Below, in pieces: positions 19,170 through 29,704 of a DNA stretch of 64,000 nucleotides. The stretch is from an uncultured delta proteobacterium (GTDB lineage Bacteria; Desulfobacterota; Binatia; UBA9968). The notes under the pieces were generated by a model. The model saw only the letters and a program-made list of their open reading frames with translations. It made no database searches and was not told where the DNA came from. The stretch is taken from NCBI GenBank assembly GCA_963816145.1, contig CAWFJP010000018.1:208462-272461 (forward strand), written 5' to 3'. Position 1 is the stretch's first letter, and every line of letters starts with the position of its first letter. The translations under genes were made by a program, and so were the position numbers.

Positions 19170-20525
19170 TCAACTCGCAACCTTGGTCCGCATGGTGACG
19201 AACTCCTCCGCTGCCGTTGGATGGATGCCGATAGTCATATCGAACTGCGCTTTGGTGGCGCCGCAGTTGAGCGCGATCGCGAGACCTTGGGTGATTTCGC
19301 CGGCGTCAGGACCGACCATATGGCAGCCGAGAACTTTATCGCTGACTTGATCGACTACCAGCTTCATCATGGTGCGCTCGTCGCGGCCGGTGAGCGTGTG
19401 GCGTAGCGGTTTGAAGGAAGTTCGATAGATGTCGATGTTCCGGCCGCGTAAGCGCGCCTCCGCTTCGGTCAAACCGACCGTGCCGCAGTTGGGCGTGCTA
19501 AATACAGCCGTCGGGACATTCAAATAGCTCGGCTTGGTCGGCTTGTTGTTAAAGAGCGTATTCGCCAGTGCCATCCCTTCGGCGATCGCAACCGGCGTCA
19601 ACATCATCCGGTCGGTGCAGTCGCCGATGGCGTAGATGCTATCGACCGTCGACTTTGAATATTCATCGACTACGACCGCGCCATTGTCCTTAAGCGTTAC
19701 CCCGGCTTTTTCCAAACCGAGATCGGGCGTCTTGGAGCCGCGACCAGTGGCGTAAAGAATCTGCTCGGCCGCCAGGACACTGCCATCGGTCAGCGTCGCT
19801 TTGAGCTGACCGCCGATCTTTTCAATCTTGCTGATTTCGGTCTTGAAGCGCAGATCGACGCCGCGCTTGCGCATTTCGTCGGCGAGGGTCTTGCGAATAT
19901 CGTCGTCGAAACCGCGCAGAAATATCTCGCCCCGATAGAGTTGCGTGGTATGGGCGCCGAGACCGTGAAAGATGCCGGCGAACTCGACGCCGATATAGCC
20001 GCCGCCAACCACGATGACCCGCTCGGGCAACGACCGCAGATAGAAAGCTTCGTTGGAGGTGATCGCAAACTCGGCGCCCGGAAACTTGGCCACCGACGGC
20101 CAACTGCCGACCGCGACCAAGATATATTTAGCGGTGATATGCTTACCATCGATGACGACCGTATGCGGGTCGACGACCTCGGCATGCCCCTCGATGAGCG
20201 CCACCCCAGCGTCGGCGAGAATTTTTCGGTAAATGCCGTTGAGCCGATGGATTTCCCTATTCTTGTTCTCGATCAGTTTGGCCCAATCGAAACGGCGCTC
20301 CCCGACCGTCCAGCCGTAGCCCGCGAGATCGTCGAAGTCCTCGCCGTAATGAGATGCGTAGACTAAGAGTTTTTTCGGAATACACCCCACATTGACGCAG
20401 GTGCCGCCAAGATAGCGTTCCTCAGCGACTGCGACTTTCGCGCCGAAGGTTGCCGAGAGTCTGCTGGCGCGGACGCCGCCCGAACCCGCGCCGATGGTAA
20501 AAAGATCGTAATCGTATTGAGCCAT
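19170..20525 (-). CDS. gor: Glutathione-disulfide reductase
   Basis: [37 protein letters not shown] and GIHPTAAEE. Confidence 0.92.
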   Translation of the reverse strand: MAQYDYDLFTIGAGSGGVRASRLSATFGAKVAVAEERYLGGTCVNVGCIPKKLLVYASHYGEDFDDLAGYGWTVGERRFDWAKLIENKNREIHRLNGIYRKILADAGVALIEGHAEVVDPHTVVIDGKHITAKYILVAVGSWPSVAKFPGAEFAITSNEAFYLRSLPERVIVVGGGYIGVEFAGIFHGLGAHTTQLYRGEIFLRGFDDDIRKTLADEMRKRGVDLRFKTEISKIEKIGGQLKATLTDGSVLAAEQILYATGRGSKTPDLGLEKAGVTLKDNGAVVVDEYSKSTVDSIYAIGDCTDRMMLTPVAIAEGMALANTLFNNKPTKPSYLNVPTAVFSTPNCGTVGLTEAEARLRGRNIDIYRTSFKPLRHTLTGRDERTMMKLVVDQVSDKVLGCHMVGPDAGEITQGLAIALNCGATKAQFDMTIGIHPTAAEEFVTMRTKVAS

Positions 20526-20667
20526 TGGGAATTTGCCTTTTCCTTTAGATGTCGCGTCATGATAAAAGGTAGCAGCGTCATCCTCAACCGAGCGACGTTT
20601 ATTTTGTGAAAGCGAACCCGCCGTTGGAGCGCAGCAGTTAAATCCACCGGGAACCGAATCATCAAGT

Positions 20668-21957
20668 ATGGCCTCATCCACGATGCAATACGTCTCCGCC
20701 CGCCGGCGCCTTAGTCTGGCGGTGAGCGCGCTGCGCCATAGAAACTATCGGTTGTACTGGTTCGGCCAGCTCGCGTCGGTGTTGGCGCAAAACATGGAGT
20801 ACGTGGCGCAAAGCTGGCTCGTGCTTGAGCTGACCAATTCACCGCTGCTGCTCGGGCTGACGGGACTAAGTCAGGCGATTCCTACGATAACTTTAACCCT
20901 GGTCGGCGGCGTGATCGCCGACCGCGCCGATCGCCGCCGCATCATGATTGTCGCCCAATCCGGCGTCGCCCTGCTTTATTTCATCTTAGCGACCTTGATC
21001 GTCACCGGGCAGGTCGCCCTTTGGCATGTCATGACGATCGCGTTTATCTCCGGCGCCGTGCGTGCCTTCGACCGTCCGAGCCGCATGGCGCTATTACCTC
21101 ATATGGTGCCCAAAGTAGATATTCCCAACGCGGTGGCCATCGGCGGCACCATTTGGCAACTGTGCAAGCTTGCCGGACCAGCGCTCGCCGGCATGCTGAT
21201 CTATCTGTTCGGCGTCGCCGTCACCTATGCCTTTTGTTTTGCCGCCTCGCTTAGCGCGGTCGTCCTCTGGCTGTTCATCCACTTGCAACATGAGCCCACC
21301 GCGGCGAGCTCCGGGGGCATGTTGCAGCAGATGAAGGACGGTGTGAATTTCATTCGCCACAACGAGCTGTACCTGACCTTCATCGGTCTGACGTTTTTCA
21401 ACAGCGTCTTCGGCATGTCGTACGTCACGCTCATGCCGGTCTTTGCCCGCGACATCCTGCAGGTCGGATCCCGGGGTTTTGGATTTTTGCAGAGCGCTGC
21501 CGGCGGCGGCGCTTTGGTAGGTACGCTGCTGGCAGCGGTTTTGTCGCATAGCGGCCACCAAGTGCGGCAAACCACGGTCGGCGCGATGCTCTTTGGCATT
21601 ATTCTAATGCTCTTCGCGTTGTCGCCGGTTTACACCCTCTCCCTAGGCTTGGTCTTCGCCCTGGGGCTGACCAGTCAATTTTATATGACGAGCGTCAATC
21701 AAACCTTGCAGCTCCATCTGCCCGAGCAGCTACGCGGACGGGTCATGGGGATCTCCGGGCTGGCTTGGGAAGTCACGCCGATCGGCGGCACCTTCGCAGG
21801 AACCATCGCAGAATTCGCCGGCGCGCCGGTGGCCGTGTTGATCGGCGGCGCCCTGGTTGCCGGCAGCGCACTGCGTATTGTATTGTCCAAAGCCAAGTTG
21901 ACCCGCTTGGAGCCGCAGTGCAGTATGAGCAGCGCAGAAGTCCGGGCTCGGATATAA
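20668..21957 (+). CDS. MFS transporter (EntS/DHA3-like)
   Basis: [25 protein letters not shown] and about 12 TM segments. Confidence 0.88.
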   Translation: MASSTMQYVSARRRLSLAVSALRHRNYRLYWFGQLASVLAQNMEYVAQSWLVLELTNSPLLLGLTGLSQAIPTITLTLVGGVIADRADRRRIMIVAQSGVALLYFILATLIVTGQVALWHVMTIAFISGAVRAFDRPSRMALLPHMVPKVDIPNAVAIGGTIWQLCKLAGPALAGMLIYLFGVAVTYAFCFAASLSAVVLWLFIHLQHEPTAASSGGMLQQMKDGVNFIRHNELYLTFIGLTFFNSVFGMSYVTLMPVFARDILQVGSRGFGFLQSAAGGGALVGTLLAAVLSHSGHQVRQTTVGAMLFGIILMLFALSPVYTLSLGLVFALGLTSQFYMTSVNQTLQLHLPEQLRGRVMGISGLAWEVTPIGGTFAGTIAEFAGAPVAVLIGGALVAGSALRIVLSKAKLTRLEPQCSMSSAEVRARI

Positions 21958-21960
21958 GAA

Positions 21961-22950
21961 ATGGCTGAGAAAAAAGCTAAAAAGAAAAGTGGCGGCCTGC
22001 GCAAGCGGCGCAAGCTCGCCGGCAAGTCGACGGGCATCGGCGCGAAAGAAATAGTTTCAGCCGCGCCACCTGCCAGCATCACCCAACTGCAGGACACCAT
22101 CGACCGGGACGGCGGCAAAGTGCTGACGACTTACCGCGAGCCGTTCGGCGAACATTGGCTAATCCTCGCCGCCCTGCCCATCGACCAAGTCGAGCCGACG
22201 CCCTTCCAGCGCAATCTTTCCGACACCCACGCGCGCAAACTCGAAGGCGTCATCGCCAAGCTCGGCCGTTTTCTCGATCCCATCATCACCGTGCACCAAG
22301 AAGTCAAAGACAGTCCGACGCGTTACTGGACGCCCAACGGCAATCATCGCTTGCAGGCGATGAAGACCCTCGGTGCCAAAACCATCATTGCCATTGTCGT
22401 GCCAGAAGCGGCCGCCGCCTACCAGATTCTCGCGTTGAATACCGAGAAGGCGCACAATTTGCGCGAGCGCGCGTTGGAAGTCATCCGCATGTATCAGGAG
22501 TTGGCGACGCTGGACGATGCTACCGAAGAAAACTACGCGCTGGAGTTCGAAGAGGCCGCGCTCATCACGCTCGGCCTCTGCTACCTCGAAAACGGCCGCT
22601 TCAGCGGTGGCGCCTATCACCCGATCCTGCGGCGCTCGGACCAGTTTTTAAAAAAGTCCCTTGGCTCGGCCATCGAAGTCCGCCGCGAGCGCGCCAAGGC
22701 TTTGATGGACCTCGACAAAACCGTCGTCGAAAAAGTCGAAGCATTAAAAGCCAAAGGACTCACCAGCCCCTATCTCAAGAGCTTCGTCGTCGCGCGCATC
22801 AATCCGATCCGCTTCCGCCCCAAGGACGCAGCGCCGCTGGGCTTCGATGAAGTACTGGACCGCATGACCAAGGCCGCCGAGAAACTCAACGTCGAGAAAA
22901 TAAAGGTCGAGGATCTAGCGAAGTCCGGTGGCGCGCCGGCGGAAGAATAA
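21961..22950 (+). CDS. ParB/Srx N-terminal domain protein (orphan)
   Basis: LPIDQVEPTPFQR, PII, TPNGNHRL (GxxR) and ALNTE. Confidence 0.75.
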   Translation: MAEKKAKKKSGGLRKRRKLAGKSTGIGAKEIVSAAPPASITQLQDTIDRDGGKVLTTYREPFGEHWLILAALPIDQVEPTPFQRNLSDTHARKLEGVIAKLGRFLDPIITVHQEVKDSPTRYWTPNGNHRLQAMKTLGAKTIIAIVVPEAAAAYQILALNTEKAHNLRERALEVIRMYQELATLDDATEENYALEFEEAALITLGLCYLENGRFSGGAYHPILRRSDQFLKKSLGSAIEVRRERAKALMDLDKTVVEKVEALKAKGLTSPYLKSFVVARINPIRFRPKDAAPLGFDEVLDRMTKAAEKLNVEKIKVEDLAKSGGAPAEE

Positions 22951-23071
22951 CCATCCAGACGGAGCCCACATCTATGTTTGTTTACCTTGACCATTATATT
23001 GAAAAAGTATGAATCGAAAGCAAACGGGTTCCACAAAGTAACTCAAACCGTCACAAATAGGGAGAACATAT

Positions 23072-23806
23072 ATGGCTGACAGCGAAAAAGAATATCTCGT
23101 CGGTACGGTCCGTCCGACCAATCGTCCGGAAGCGGGACAAGAGCTCGATCTCGACACCTTGATTCCGGCAAAGATCAAATTCCTCTACTCGACCATGAAT
23201 TTCACCCAAGGCACCGCGGAGGAGTTCAGCACGTCGATGCCGGGTTATGAAGCGAAGTCAGCGGAGTTCGCCAAGATGGGCGCCAATCTGGTCCGCCCCA
23301 GCGGTGCGCCGCCGTTCATGCTGTTGGGCTACAAAAAGGAACAGGAGCTCATCGCCAGCTGGGAAAAGAAATACAACGTGCCGATGTGGACCTCGGGGCA
23401 AAATCACGTCAAGGCGTTTCACACCCTGGGCATGAAGAAGTTCGTTGGCGCGAGTTATTTCCCGGAAAAGATGAACAACATCTTCGCCCGCTACTTCACC
23501 GACGCGGGCTTCGAAGTGCTGGCCATGGAAGGAATCGGCGGGGCCTTCTTGGACGTGCCGCAGATACCGCCGGAAACAATTTTGGAATTCATGCTGAGCG
23601 TCGCCAGCAAGCATAAAAACGCCGATGGCATCTACATGCTCGGCTCGGCGTGGAAGTCGGTCGAGATCATTGAGCGCTTGGAAAACCAATCCGGCAAGAC
23701 CGTGGTCCACGCCGGCCCGGCGCGCGCCTGGGGCACACAACTGAGCCTCGGCTTGCGCCATAAGATCAAAGGCTACGGCAGATTGTTGGCGGAGATGCCA
23801 GGATAG
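23072..23806 (+). CDS. Maleate isomerase/arylmalonate decarboxylase-like protein
   Basis: Family pattern (...YF..AGFEV..., ADGIYM, IIERLE...GKTVV, GYGRLL) but the protein contains no Cys. Confidence 0.7.
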   Translation: MADSEKEYLVGTVRPTNRPEAGQELDLDTLIPAKIKFLYSTMNFTQGTAEEFSTSMPGYEAKSAEFAKMGANLVRPSGAPPFMLLGYKKEQELIASWEKKYNVPMWTSGQNHVKAFHTLGMKKFVGASYFPEKMNNIFARYFTDAGFEVLAMEGIGGAFLDVPQIPPETILEFMLSVASKHKNADGIYMLGSAWKSVEIIERLENQSGKTVVHAGPARAWGTQLSLGLRHKIKGYGRLLAEMPG

Positions 23807-23838
23807 TTAATTTTTGGAATTTTATCCTGGGAGGAAGC

Positions 23839-24819
23839 ATGATCATCAAACTTTTCGGCGTGCTTCTCTTTGTCATCTGTCAGAACGCGACGCTGTTTGC
23901 CCAAGAACGCATCCGCATCGCCTGGGCCGGCGCCAGTCCTGCCAACGCCGGCATCTGGGTATTGCAAGAAAAGAGGCTGATGCAAAAGTATGGCGTCGAG
24001 CCGGAGATCATCAGCATCAGCGCCAGCCCCATCGTCCTGCAAACCTTGCTCGCCGGCGAGATCGATGTTTCAGCGATCTCCGTGACGACGCTGGTCAGTT
24101 CCCGCCTCGCCGGCGCCGACACGGTGATGATCCTCGGCATGGTGCGCACCTTCGTCGATCATATTCTATCGCAACAAAGCATCACCAGCATTGAACAACT
24201 CAAAGGCAAGATCGGCGGCGTCAATCGTATTGGCAGCACGTCGGATATGGGCTTGCGCTTCGCCCTGCGCCGCTTGAATATCGACCCTGAGAAAGACACC
24301 CGTATCATCACCGCCGGCGGCAATCCGGAACGGTTTGCCGCCCTGACCAAAGGCGTGATCAATTTCACCATTATGCCGGAGCCGTTCGTCCGCCAGGCAT
24401 TGCAGATGGGCTTTCGCCACTTGTTCGATATCGGCTCGCTGAAGATACCGTTCTGGTGGAATGCCGTGCTGACGCGGGAGGCCATCGTCAAAGCCAAACG
24501 GCCGCTGCTGCTGAAATTCACCCGCGCCATGATCGAAGCGACCCATTTCAACAAAACCAACAAAGAAGAAGCCAAAGCGATCTGGGGCAAGTACCTGCGC
24601 ATCACCGACCAAGAAGCTTTGGAGCGCGCCTGGCAAACTTACACCGCCGCTTACCCCGACAACTTGCTGCCGACTCCAGACGGCGTAAAAACCTTGCTCG
24701 ACGACATCGCGCCGCGCGAACCGAAAGCCGCCAGCGCCGATCCGCGACAATTTGTCGACCCAAGCTTGGTGCGAGAAGTCGAAGCCACGGGCTTCGTCAA
24801 GCAGCTCTACAAAAGATAG
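23839..24819 (+). CDS. ABC-type substrate-binding protein (NMT1/SsuA-like)
   Basis: Signal peptide, LLAGEID, EQLKGK.GG.NRIGSTSD and FVDPSLV. Confidence 0.85.
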   Translation: MIIKLFGVLLFVICQNATLFAQERIRIAWAGASPANAGIWVLQEKRLMQKYGVEPEIISISASPIVLQTLLAGEIDVSAISVTTLVSSRLAGADTVMILGMVRTFVDHILSQQSITSIEQLKGKIGGVNRIGSTSDMGLRFALRRLNIDPEKDTRIITAGGNPERFAALTKGVINFTIMPEPFVRQALQMGFRHLFDIGSLKIPFWWNAVLTREAIVKAKRPLLLKFTRAMIEATHFNKTNKEEAKAIWGKYLRITDQEALERAWQTYTAAYPDNLLPTPDGVKTLLDDIAPREPKAASADPRQFVDPSLVREVEATGFVKQLYKR

Positions 24820-24861
24820 GAGCTCAATTAACCGCTCCTTCTCCCTATCCTCCCCGCATAC

Positions 24862-24993
24862 CAGACTGTGTCGCAACTGTCATTTCGAGGTGAAGCCGAG
24901 AAATCTCTTCTTCGTATGTGGCTGAAAACACGAGATCCCTCGCTGCGCTCGGGATGACAGATGTGGGGCATTTGCTCATTACGACACAGTCTC
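24862..24993. mobile_element. MITE copy 1 (132 bp, 15-bp TIR, TAC target duplication)
   Basis: tac|CAGACTGTGTCGCAA...TTACGACACAGTCTC|tac, inside the palindrome CCTCCCCGC...GCGGGGGAGG. Confidence 0.85.
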
Positions 24994-25067
24994 TACGCGG
25001 GGGAGGATATAGGTGGGGGTGGAACGTTTTGAACAGCTGGAACGATTGGAACCTGTGTCTTAATCGT

Positions 25068-26387
25068 TTACGCATACCGCGACATCGTCTGCGGCTTATA
25101 TTCATCAGGCGCTTGGGTAACGAATAGCTCCGGTTCGATGCCGTACAGCCGGCGGGCGTTGCCGCCGAGCATTTTCTCGCGCGCGCTCTGCGGCACTTGG
25201 TACTTGTCCATGTGATCGATGGCTTCCCAGACATCGGAGGCATCGAGATGCGGCATGTCGGACGACCATAGAGCGACGTTCTCGAACAGATCCCATAACC
25301 GGAGTGTAATCATCTCGTCGCTTTCGAAGGCGATGAAACACTGCTTGTAAAATACCTCGTGGGGGTCGCCGATTTTTTCACCGATATGCTTGTAAAGGTC
25401 AAGGTAGGTCTCGGCCTTTTCCAGCACCAGCGGCAGCCAGCTGGAGTTGGATTCCAAGATCGCCACTTTCAAACGCGGAAATTTTTCCAACCAGCCGGTC
25501 ATTAGCACGACCCCGGTCCAGGTCATCGCCTCGGCCATGAAGCCGTAGGCCGCATCGCCAGCCTGCTTGGAGCCCATGATCTGCATGATGTTGGCGACGA
25601 ACTGCCCCGGCGAGTAAACCATGATGTCTTCGTCCGAGAACAGCCGCTTGCGGTTGGCGCCCATGCGCTTGTCGAGTTCCGGTGACATCGCCTCACCGCG
25701 CGACGGGAAGGTATGCATGCCCAGCACCATGCCGAGTTCCTCAAACTCGCGCCACAACGGATCGTATTCAGGAAAGGTCGGATACTTACCCTGGGCGATG
25801 ATCGGCCGAACCAAAGCGGATTTGAAGCCGCGCTTGGCGACCCGGCGCAGTTCTTCGATGGCGAAATCGACATTCTGCGTTGGCAACACGGCGGCGGGAA
25901 ACAGCCGCTTCTTATCGGCGCTGCAATAATCGTAAGCCCAATCGTTGTAGGCGCGAGCGCAGATGTAAGCCGCGTCGGCGTTTTCCACCAGCGGTAGGTA
26001 AACGAAGGTCGACGGGAAAATCATCACCTGGTCGATTCCGGAAGCATCCATGTCTTTAAGCCGCGCATTGGGATCGCGCGCGCTTTTGTTGCGGCCGATG
26101 GTCTCGTCCCAGTCTTTGGTGCCGGGTTGAGTCTGGCCGATGATCTTCTTGGTCAATCCCGGATGCCAAGTTTCTCCGGGATATTTCCACTTGTCGGGAT
26201 CGCGAAAACTGATGCGCGAGTTGCGCACTAGAAACAACCGGTCCGAATCCCGATAGAAGTGCGTCTTCGCGAAATCGCGGTTGTTCTGCGGAATGTACTT
26301 GTCCCAAATCTCCGGCGGTTCGTAAATATGACTATCGCAGTCGAACACCGGAAAGTTTTTGCTTCTACCCTTTGCACTGTAAGCCAT
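25068..26387 (-). CDS. Amidohydrolase family 2 protein
   Basis: FDCDSH, ARLKDMD..GID, RAYNDW, GMH and WSSDMPH. Confidence 0.88.
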   Translation of the reverse strand: MAYSAKGRSKNFPVFDCDSHIYEPPEIWDKYIPQNNRDFAKTHFYRDSDRLFLVRNSRISFRDPDKWKYPGETWHPGLTKKIIGQTQPGTKDWDETIGRNKSARDPNARLKDMDASGIDQVMIFPSTFVYLPLVENADAAYICARAYNDWAYDYCSADKKRLFPAAVLPTQNVDFAIEELRRVAKRGFKSALVRPIIAQGKYPTFPEYDPLWREFEELGMVLGMHTFPSRGEAMSPELDKRMGANRKRLFSDEDIMVYSPGQFVANIMQIMGSKQAGDAAYGFMAEAMTWTGVVLMTGWLEKFPRLKVAILESNSSWLPLVLEKAETYLDLYKHIGEKIGDPHEVFYKQCFIAFESDEMITLRLWDLFENVALWSSDMPHLDASDVWEAIDHMDKYQVPQSAREKMLGGNARRLYGIEPELFVTQAPDEYKPQTMSRYA

Positions 26388-26455
26388 GTTGCCCCTCCGT
26401 CATTTCTTGTTCTTTCCTTCGTGAACTTCGTGTCCTTCGTGGTGATCAGTGTCTT

Positions 26456-27265
26456 TCAGCGGTTCAAAAACTCCCGCATCATGCCATGAACCTTTTCCGG
26501 CTCGGTATAGAAGTAACTATGCCGCGCTCCCGGCAGGACGATCAGCTTCGAGTTAAGGATGCCCTTGGCCAAGATATCCGCGCCGCTGCGGTGCGACATG
26601 TCACTGACGACGAAGTGATCATCGTCGCCGACAAAGATCAGCGTCGGCACTTTGATATCTTTCAATCGTCCGCTGGTGTCATGCTCCTGGCGCGCCAGCA
26701 CATGGCGGAAGTAGAACTCCACCGGGCATAGATTCGCCATGCGCACCTGCAGATACTTCTCAATCTCGTTCATGTGGTTGCGTGCGTACTCCTCGGTCCA
26801 GCCGACCACGATGGTGTGATCCCGGACATATTTCACATAGCCCCACTCGACCATCTCCTTGGCGATGCGTAGCGGAATGCCGCGATCGCCCGGATGGGCG
26901 GCGCCGCTGGAGGCGAGAATCAACTTATTGACTTTGCCCGGATGGTCGAGGGCGAGCAGCTGCGCCACCCGCCCGCCCATGGAGTGACCGCAAACGATGG
27001 CGCCGTCGAGGCCAAGGTGATCGAGCACCGCGACGGCATCCTCGGCGAACATCGCCGTGCTGTATTTCGCCGACGGCTTTCCCGACAGCCCCGTGCCACG
27101 GTAATCGAGCGTCACGACGCAGTAATCGCGAGCGAACTCCGGTGTCTGATAAAGATTCCACACCGCGCCGTCGCAAGCGGTCTCGCTCAAAAACAAAAAC
27201 GGCGCTCCCTTGCCAGTGGCCTCGTAGTAAATCTCAACTCCGTCTTTAGCTTTAGCATAAGGCAT
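26456..27265 (-). CDS. Alpha/beta hydrolase
   Basis: IYYE..G.G.P, DYRGTGLS, GHSMGG, GDDD and ARH. AAGGAG RBS. Confidence 0.88.
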   Translation of the reverse strand: MPYAKAKDGVEIYYEATGKGAPFLFLSETACDGAVWNLYQTPEFARDYCVVTLDYRGTGLSGKPSAKYSTAMFAEDAVAVLDHLGLDGAIVCGHSMGGRVAQLLALDHPGKVNKLILASSGAAHPGDRGIPLRIAKEMVEWGYVKYVRDHTIVVGWTEEYARNHMNEIEKYLQVRMANLCPVEFYFRHVLARQEHDTSGRLKDIKVPTLIFVGDDDHFVVSDMSHRSGADILAKGILNSKLIVLPGARHSYFYTEPEKVHGMMREFLNR

Positions 27266-27470
27266 GGATCGGTCTCCTTGCTTGCAGCAATAAACCAAGA
27301 GTGGCGTTCATGACAAGTCTAGAGTCCGGGGGTCTTGCCTTAAAGAGTGCGCCTATTAGAGACGGTCCAAGTCTGAAAACCTAGACGCTAAACACCTAAC
27401 TGAAAATACCTGTTGACAGCCTGCCATCGCCCCCACTATTCAAGGCAATACAACGATCGGAGGACAGACG

Positions 27471-28499
27471 ATGGCGAACCGATTTGTCGACTGCGACGGT
27501 CATGTCATGGAAAACACCGATGAGATCATCCGGCTCGTCGGCGAACCGTTCAAAACCACCGGCCACATGAATCCGCGGCGGGTGTTGCCAAGCCTCGACC
27601 GCTTCCACACGCCGCGCTTGGAAGAGCGCAAGCCCGGCACCTTCGATCCCACCGTCGGCCCGGAAAAATGGGTGCAGTTTCTCGACAAGATGGGTCTCGA
27701 ATTCAGCGCGCTGTTCCCCACCGAAGGACTCGCCTACGGCCAGGTCGCCTTCGCGCCCTGGGCGATCGCCTACGCCAAAGCCTACAACGACTGGCTCGTC
27801 GCGAAGTATTTAAAGTACAACTCGCGCCTCAAAGGCGTCGCCTTGATTCCGCTGCAAGATGTCCCCGCTGCCGTAACCGAGTTGCGGCGGGCAATAAAAG
27901 ACCTGGGTATGGTTGGCGCCATGCTGCCATCCAATGGTTTGAATCCGCATCTGAGCGCCAAACATTTCTGGCCGGTGTATGAAGAAGCGGCCAAGCTTGA
28001 CTGTGCGCTGGCCGTGCATGGCGGTTGCTATGGCGACTTGGGATTCAACACTTACACGGTCTTCCCGGCCACCCGCGCCCTCGGCATGCCGGTTCCCCTC
28101 GCGATCGCCGCCACCGGTATGATCGTCGACGGCGTGTTCGATGAGTTTCCAACCTTGCGCGTCGGGTTCTTGGAAGGCGGCACCTGCTGGATACCCATGG
28201 TCCTCGACCGGTTGGCGAGAGAGCAAGAATATGGCGGCTTGCGGATCAATCGAAAGCCGGTGGACTACTTCACCTGCGGTAAAATATTCTGCAGTTGCGA
28301 AGGCAACGAGAAAGCGCTCGCCTACGCCATCGAACGGGTCGGCCCGGCGCCATTCATGTTCGCCTCGGACTTCCCCCATGAAATTTCGTTGGATAATTGC
28401 TTGGAAGAGATCGACGAAATCCAAGTGCGCAAAGATCTCAAGGACGAACACAAAGCCGCGATCTTGGGCGAGAACGCGCGGCGCTATTACAAAATCTAG
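27471..28499 (+). CDS. Amidohydrolase family 2 protein
   Basis: VDCDGH, AYNDW, AVHGG, FLEGG and FASDFPH. GGAGG RBS with TTGACA upstream. Confidence 0.88.
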   Translation: MANRFVDCDGHVMENTDEIIRLVGEPFKTTGHMNPRRVLPSLDRFHTPRLEERKPGTFDPTVGPEKWVQFLDKMGLEFSALFPTEGLAYGQVAFAPWAIAYAKAYNDWLVAKYLKYNSRLKGVALIPLQDVPAAVTELRRAIKDLGMVGAMLPSNGLNPHLSAKHFWPVYEEAAKLDCALAVHGGCYGDLGFNTYTVFPATRALGMPVPLAIAATGMIVDGVFDEFPTLRVGFLEGGTCWIPMVLDRLAREQEYGGLRINRKPVDYFTCGKIFCSCEGNEKALAYAIERVGPAPFMFASDFPHEISLDNCLEEIDEIQVRKDLKDEHKAAILGENARRYYKI

Positions 28500-28527
28500 G
28501 CTGTCGGCAAAAGCGCGGGGTTCAATT

Positions 28528-29550
28528 ATGAAAATGACCATCCGAAACCTTCGTGTCCTTCGTGCCTTCGTGGTGAGTAGCCTACTGGCAGTTTCGTTCA
28601 CTGCCCAAGCGCAGACCCTGACGCCGATCCTGGTCGCCTACGCCGGCCAAAACGAAACCGCCGGTCCCATGTGGGTCGGTGTCGAGCGCGGTACTTTCAG
28701 AAAATACGGCCTCGATGTCCGCATGGTACAGCTGCGCAACGGCTCCCTCAGCATGGCGACTCTCGCCAACGGCCAGGTACAATACAACTACGGCTCGCCG
28801 GCCAACGCTCTGAGCGCCGCGGCCGGCGGCATGCGCCTCCAATGCGTCGCCTCTGCCGTGGCCAAGATTCCCCGCGAGCTGGTCGCGCGCAAAGAAATCC
28901 GCACGCTCGAAGAGCTGCGCGGCAAGTCGTTCGGCGTGCAAAGCATCGGCGGCGGTTTCTGGCTGCAAACCATGATCGCGTTAGATTTTCTCGGCATCGA
29001 TCCGGACAAGTACGATCTCAAGATGCGCATCTTGGGCGACACTGCCACGGTCACCCAGGCGCTCGGTACCGGCGGCGTCGACGCCACGGTAATTCCTTAC
29101 AGCTTCAGCGAAGCCGCCAAACGCGCCGGCGCCAACGTTCTGGCCGACATCGGCAAATTGCCGATCCCCTACCAAGGCACGACGATCTGCTTTTTGCGTG
29201 ACTCACCGTCGCACAACCCGGATATCATTTCCCGCTTACTCAAAGGCCTGGTCGATTCCGTAGTTATGATTCACGATCCCAGCGCCAGACTCGATGTCAC
29301 CGAGATCCTGCGCAAGAGTTTTCGTTTTCCCCGGCTCGAAGACGCCGAGGCGTCGTACAAAGTGCTGGGACAAATGGCAACCATCGACCTACTGCCGGAT
29401 GTCGCGGCTTGGAAAATCGTCCAGCGCATCGTCGCCCGCATCAACCCCAAAGTCGCCCAGGTCGATATCACCCAACTGAACAACCCGGCCTATGTCCGCG
29501 CTCTCGAAGACAGCGGCTTTTTGCCTGACGCCCGGCGCAGGTTGCGATGA
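28528..29550 (+). CDS. ABC-type substrate-binding protein (NMT1/SsuA-like)
   Basis: Signal peptide ending TAQA, G.FRKYGLDV and EELRGKSFGVQSIGGG. The ORF-track extension to 28141 overlaps the upstream gene. Confidence 0.83.
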   Translation: MKMTIRNLRVLRAFVVSSLLAVSFTAQAQTLTPILVAYAGQNETAGPMWVGVERGTFRKYGLDVRMVQLRNGSLSMATLANGQVQYNYGSPANALSAAAGGMRLQCVASAVAKIPRELVARKEIRTLEELRGKSFGVQSIGGGFWLQTMIALDFLGIDPDKYDLKMRILGDTATVTQALGTGGVDATVIPYSFSEAAKRAGANVLADIGKLPIPYQGTTICFLRDSPSHNPDIISRLLKGLVDSVVMIHDPSARLDVTEILRKSFRFPRLEDAEASYKVLGQMATIDLLPDVAAWKIVQRIVARINPKVAQVDITQLNNPAYVRALEDSGFLPDARRRLR

Positions 29551-29563
29551 CTGCGACGGACCA

Positions 29564-29646
29564 TTCACCACGAAGGGCACGAAGAGCACGAACTTCGGAA
29601 GAATATTCATCCGAAATCTTCGTGTCCTTCGTGCCTTCGTGGTGAA
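29564..29646. repeat. Repeat family B (TTCACCACGAAG(N)n...CTTCGTGGTGAA, built of 9-mer units)
   Basis: Full copies also at 35088-35170, 47265-47338, 58685-58756 and 40804-41014 (interrupted). Half copies at 26417-26445 and 28540-28576, and a variant at 12521-12589. Confidence 0.88.
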
Positions 29647-29704
29647 GTAATAAACCGCACATGGCGCATCATCCGCACCACCATTAGAAAAGGAACATAC
29701 CATC

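Noticed and set aside
21961-22950. Plasmid, prophage or defence island suggested by ParB
   Set aside because: There are no parA, replication, integrase, nuclease or phage genes nearby.
24845-25243. ORFs containing VIPSAARDLVFSATYEEEISRLHLEMT (also 40783-40989)
   Set aside because: These are translations of the non-coding MITE, not a protein family.
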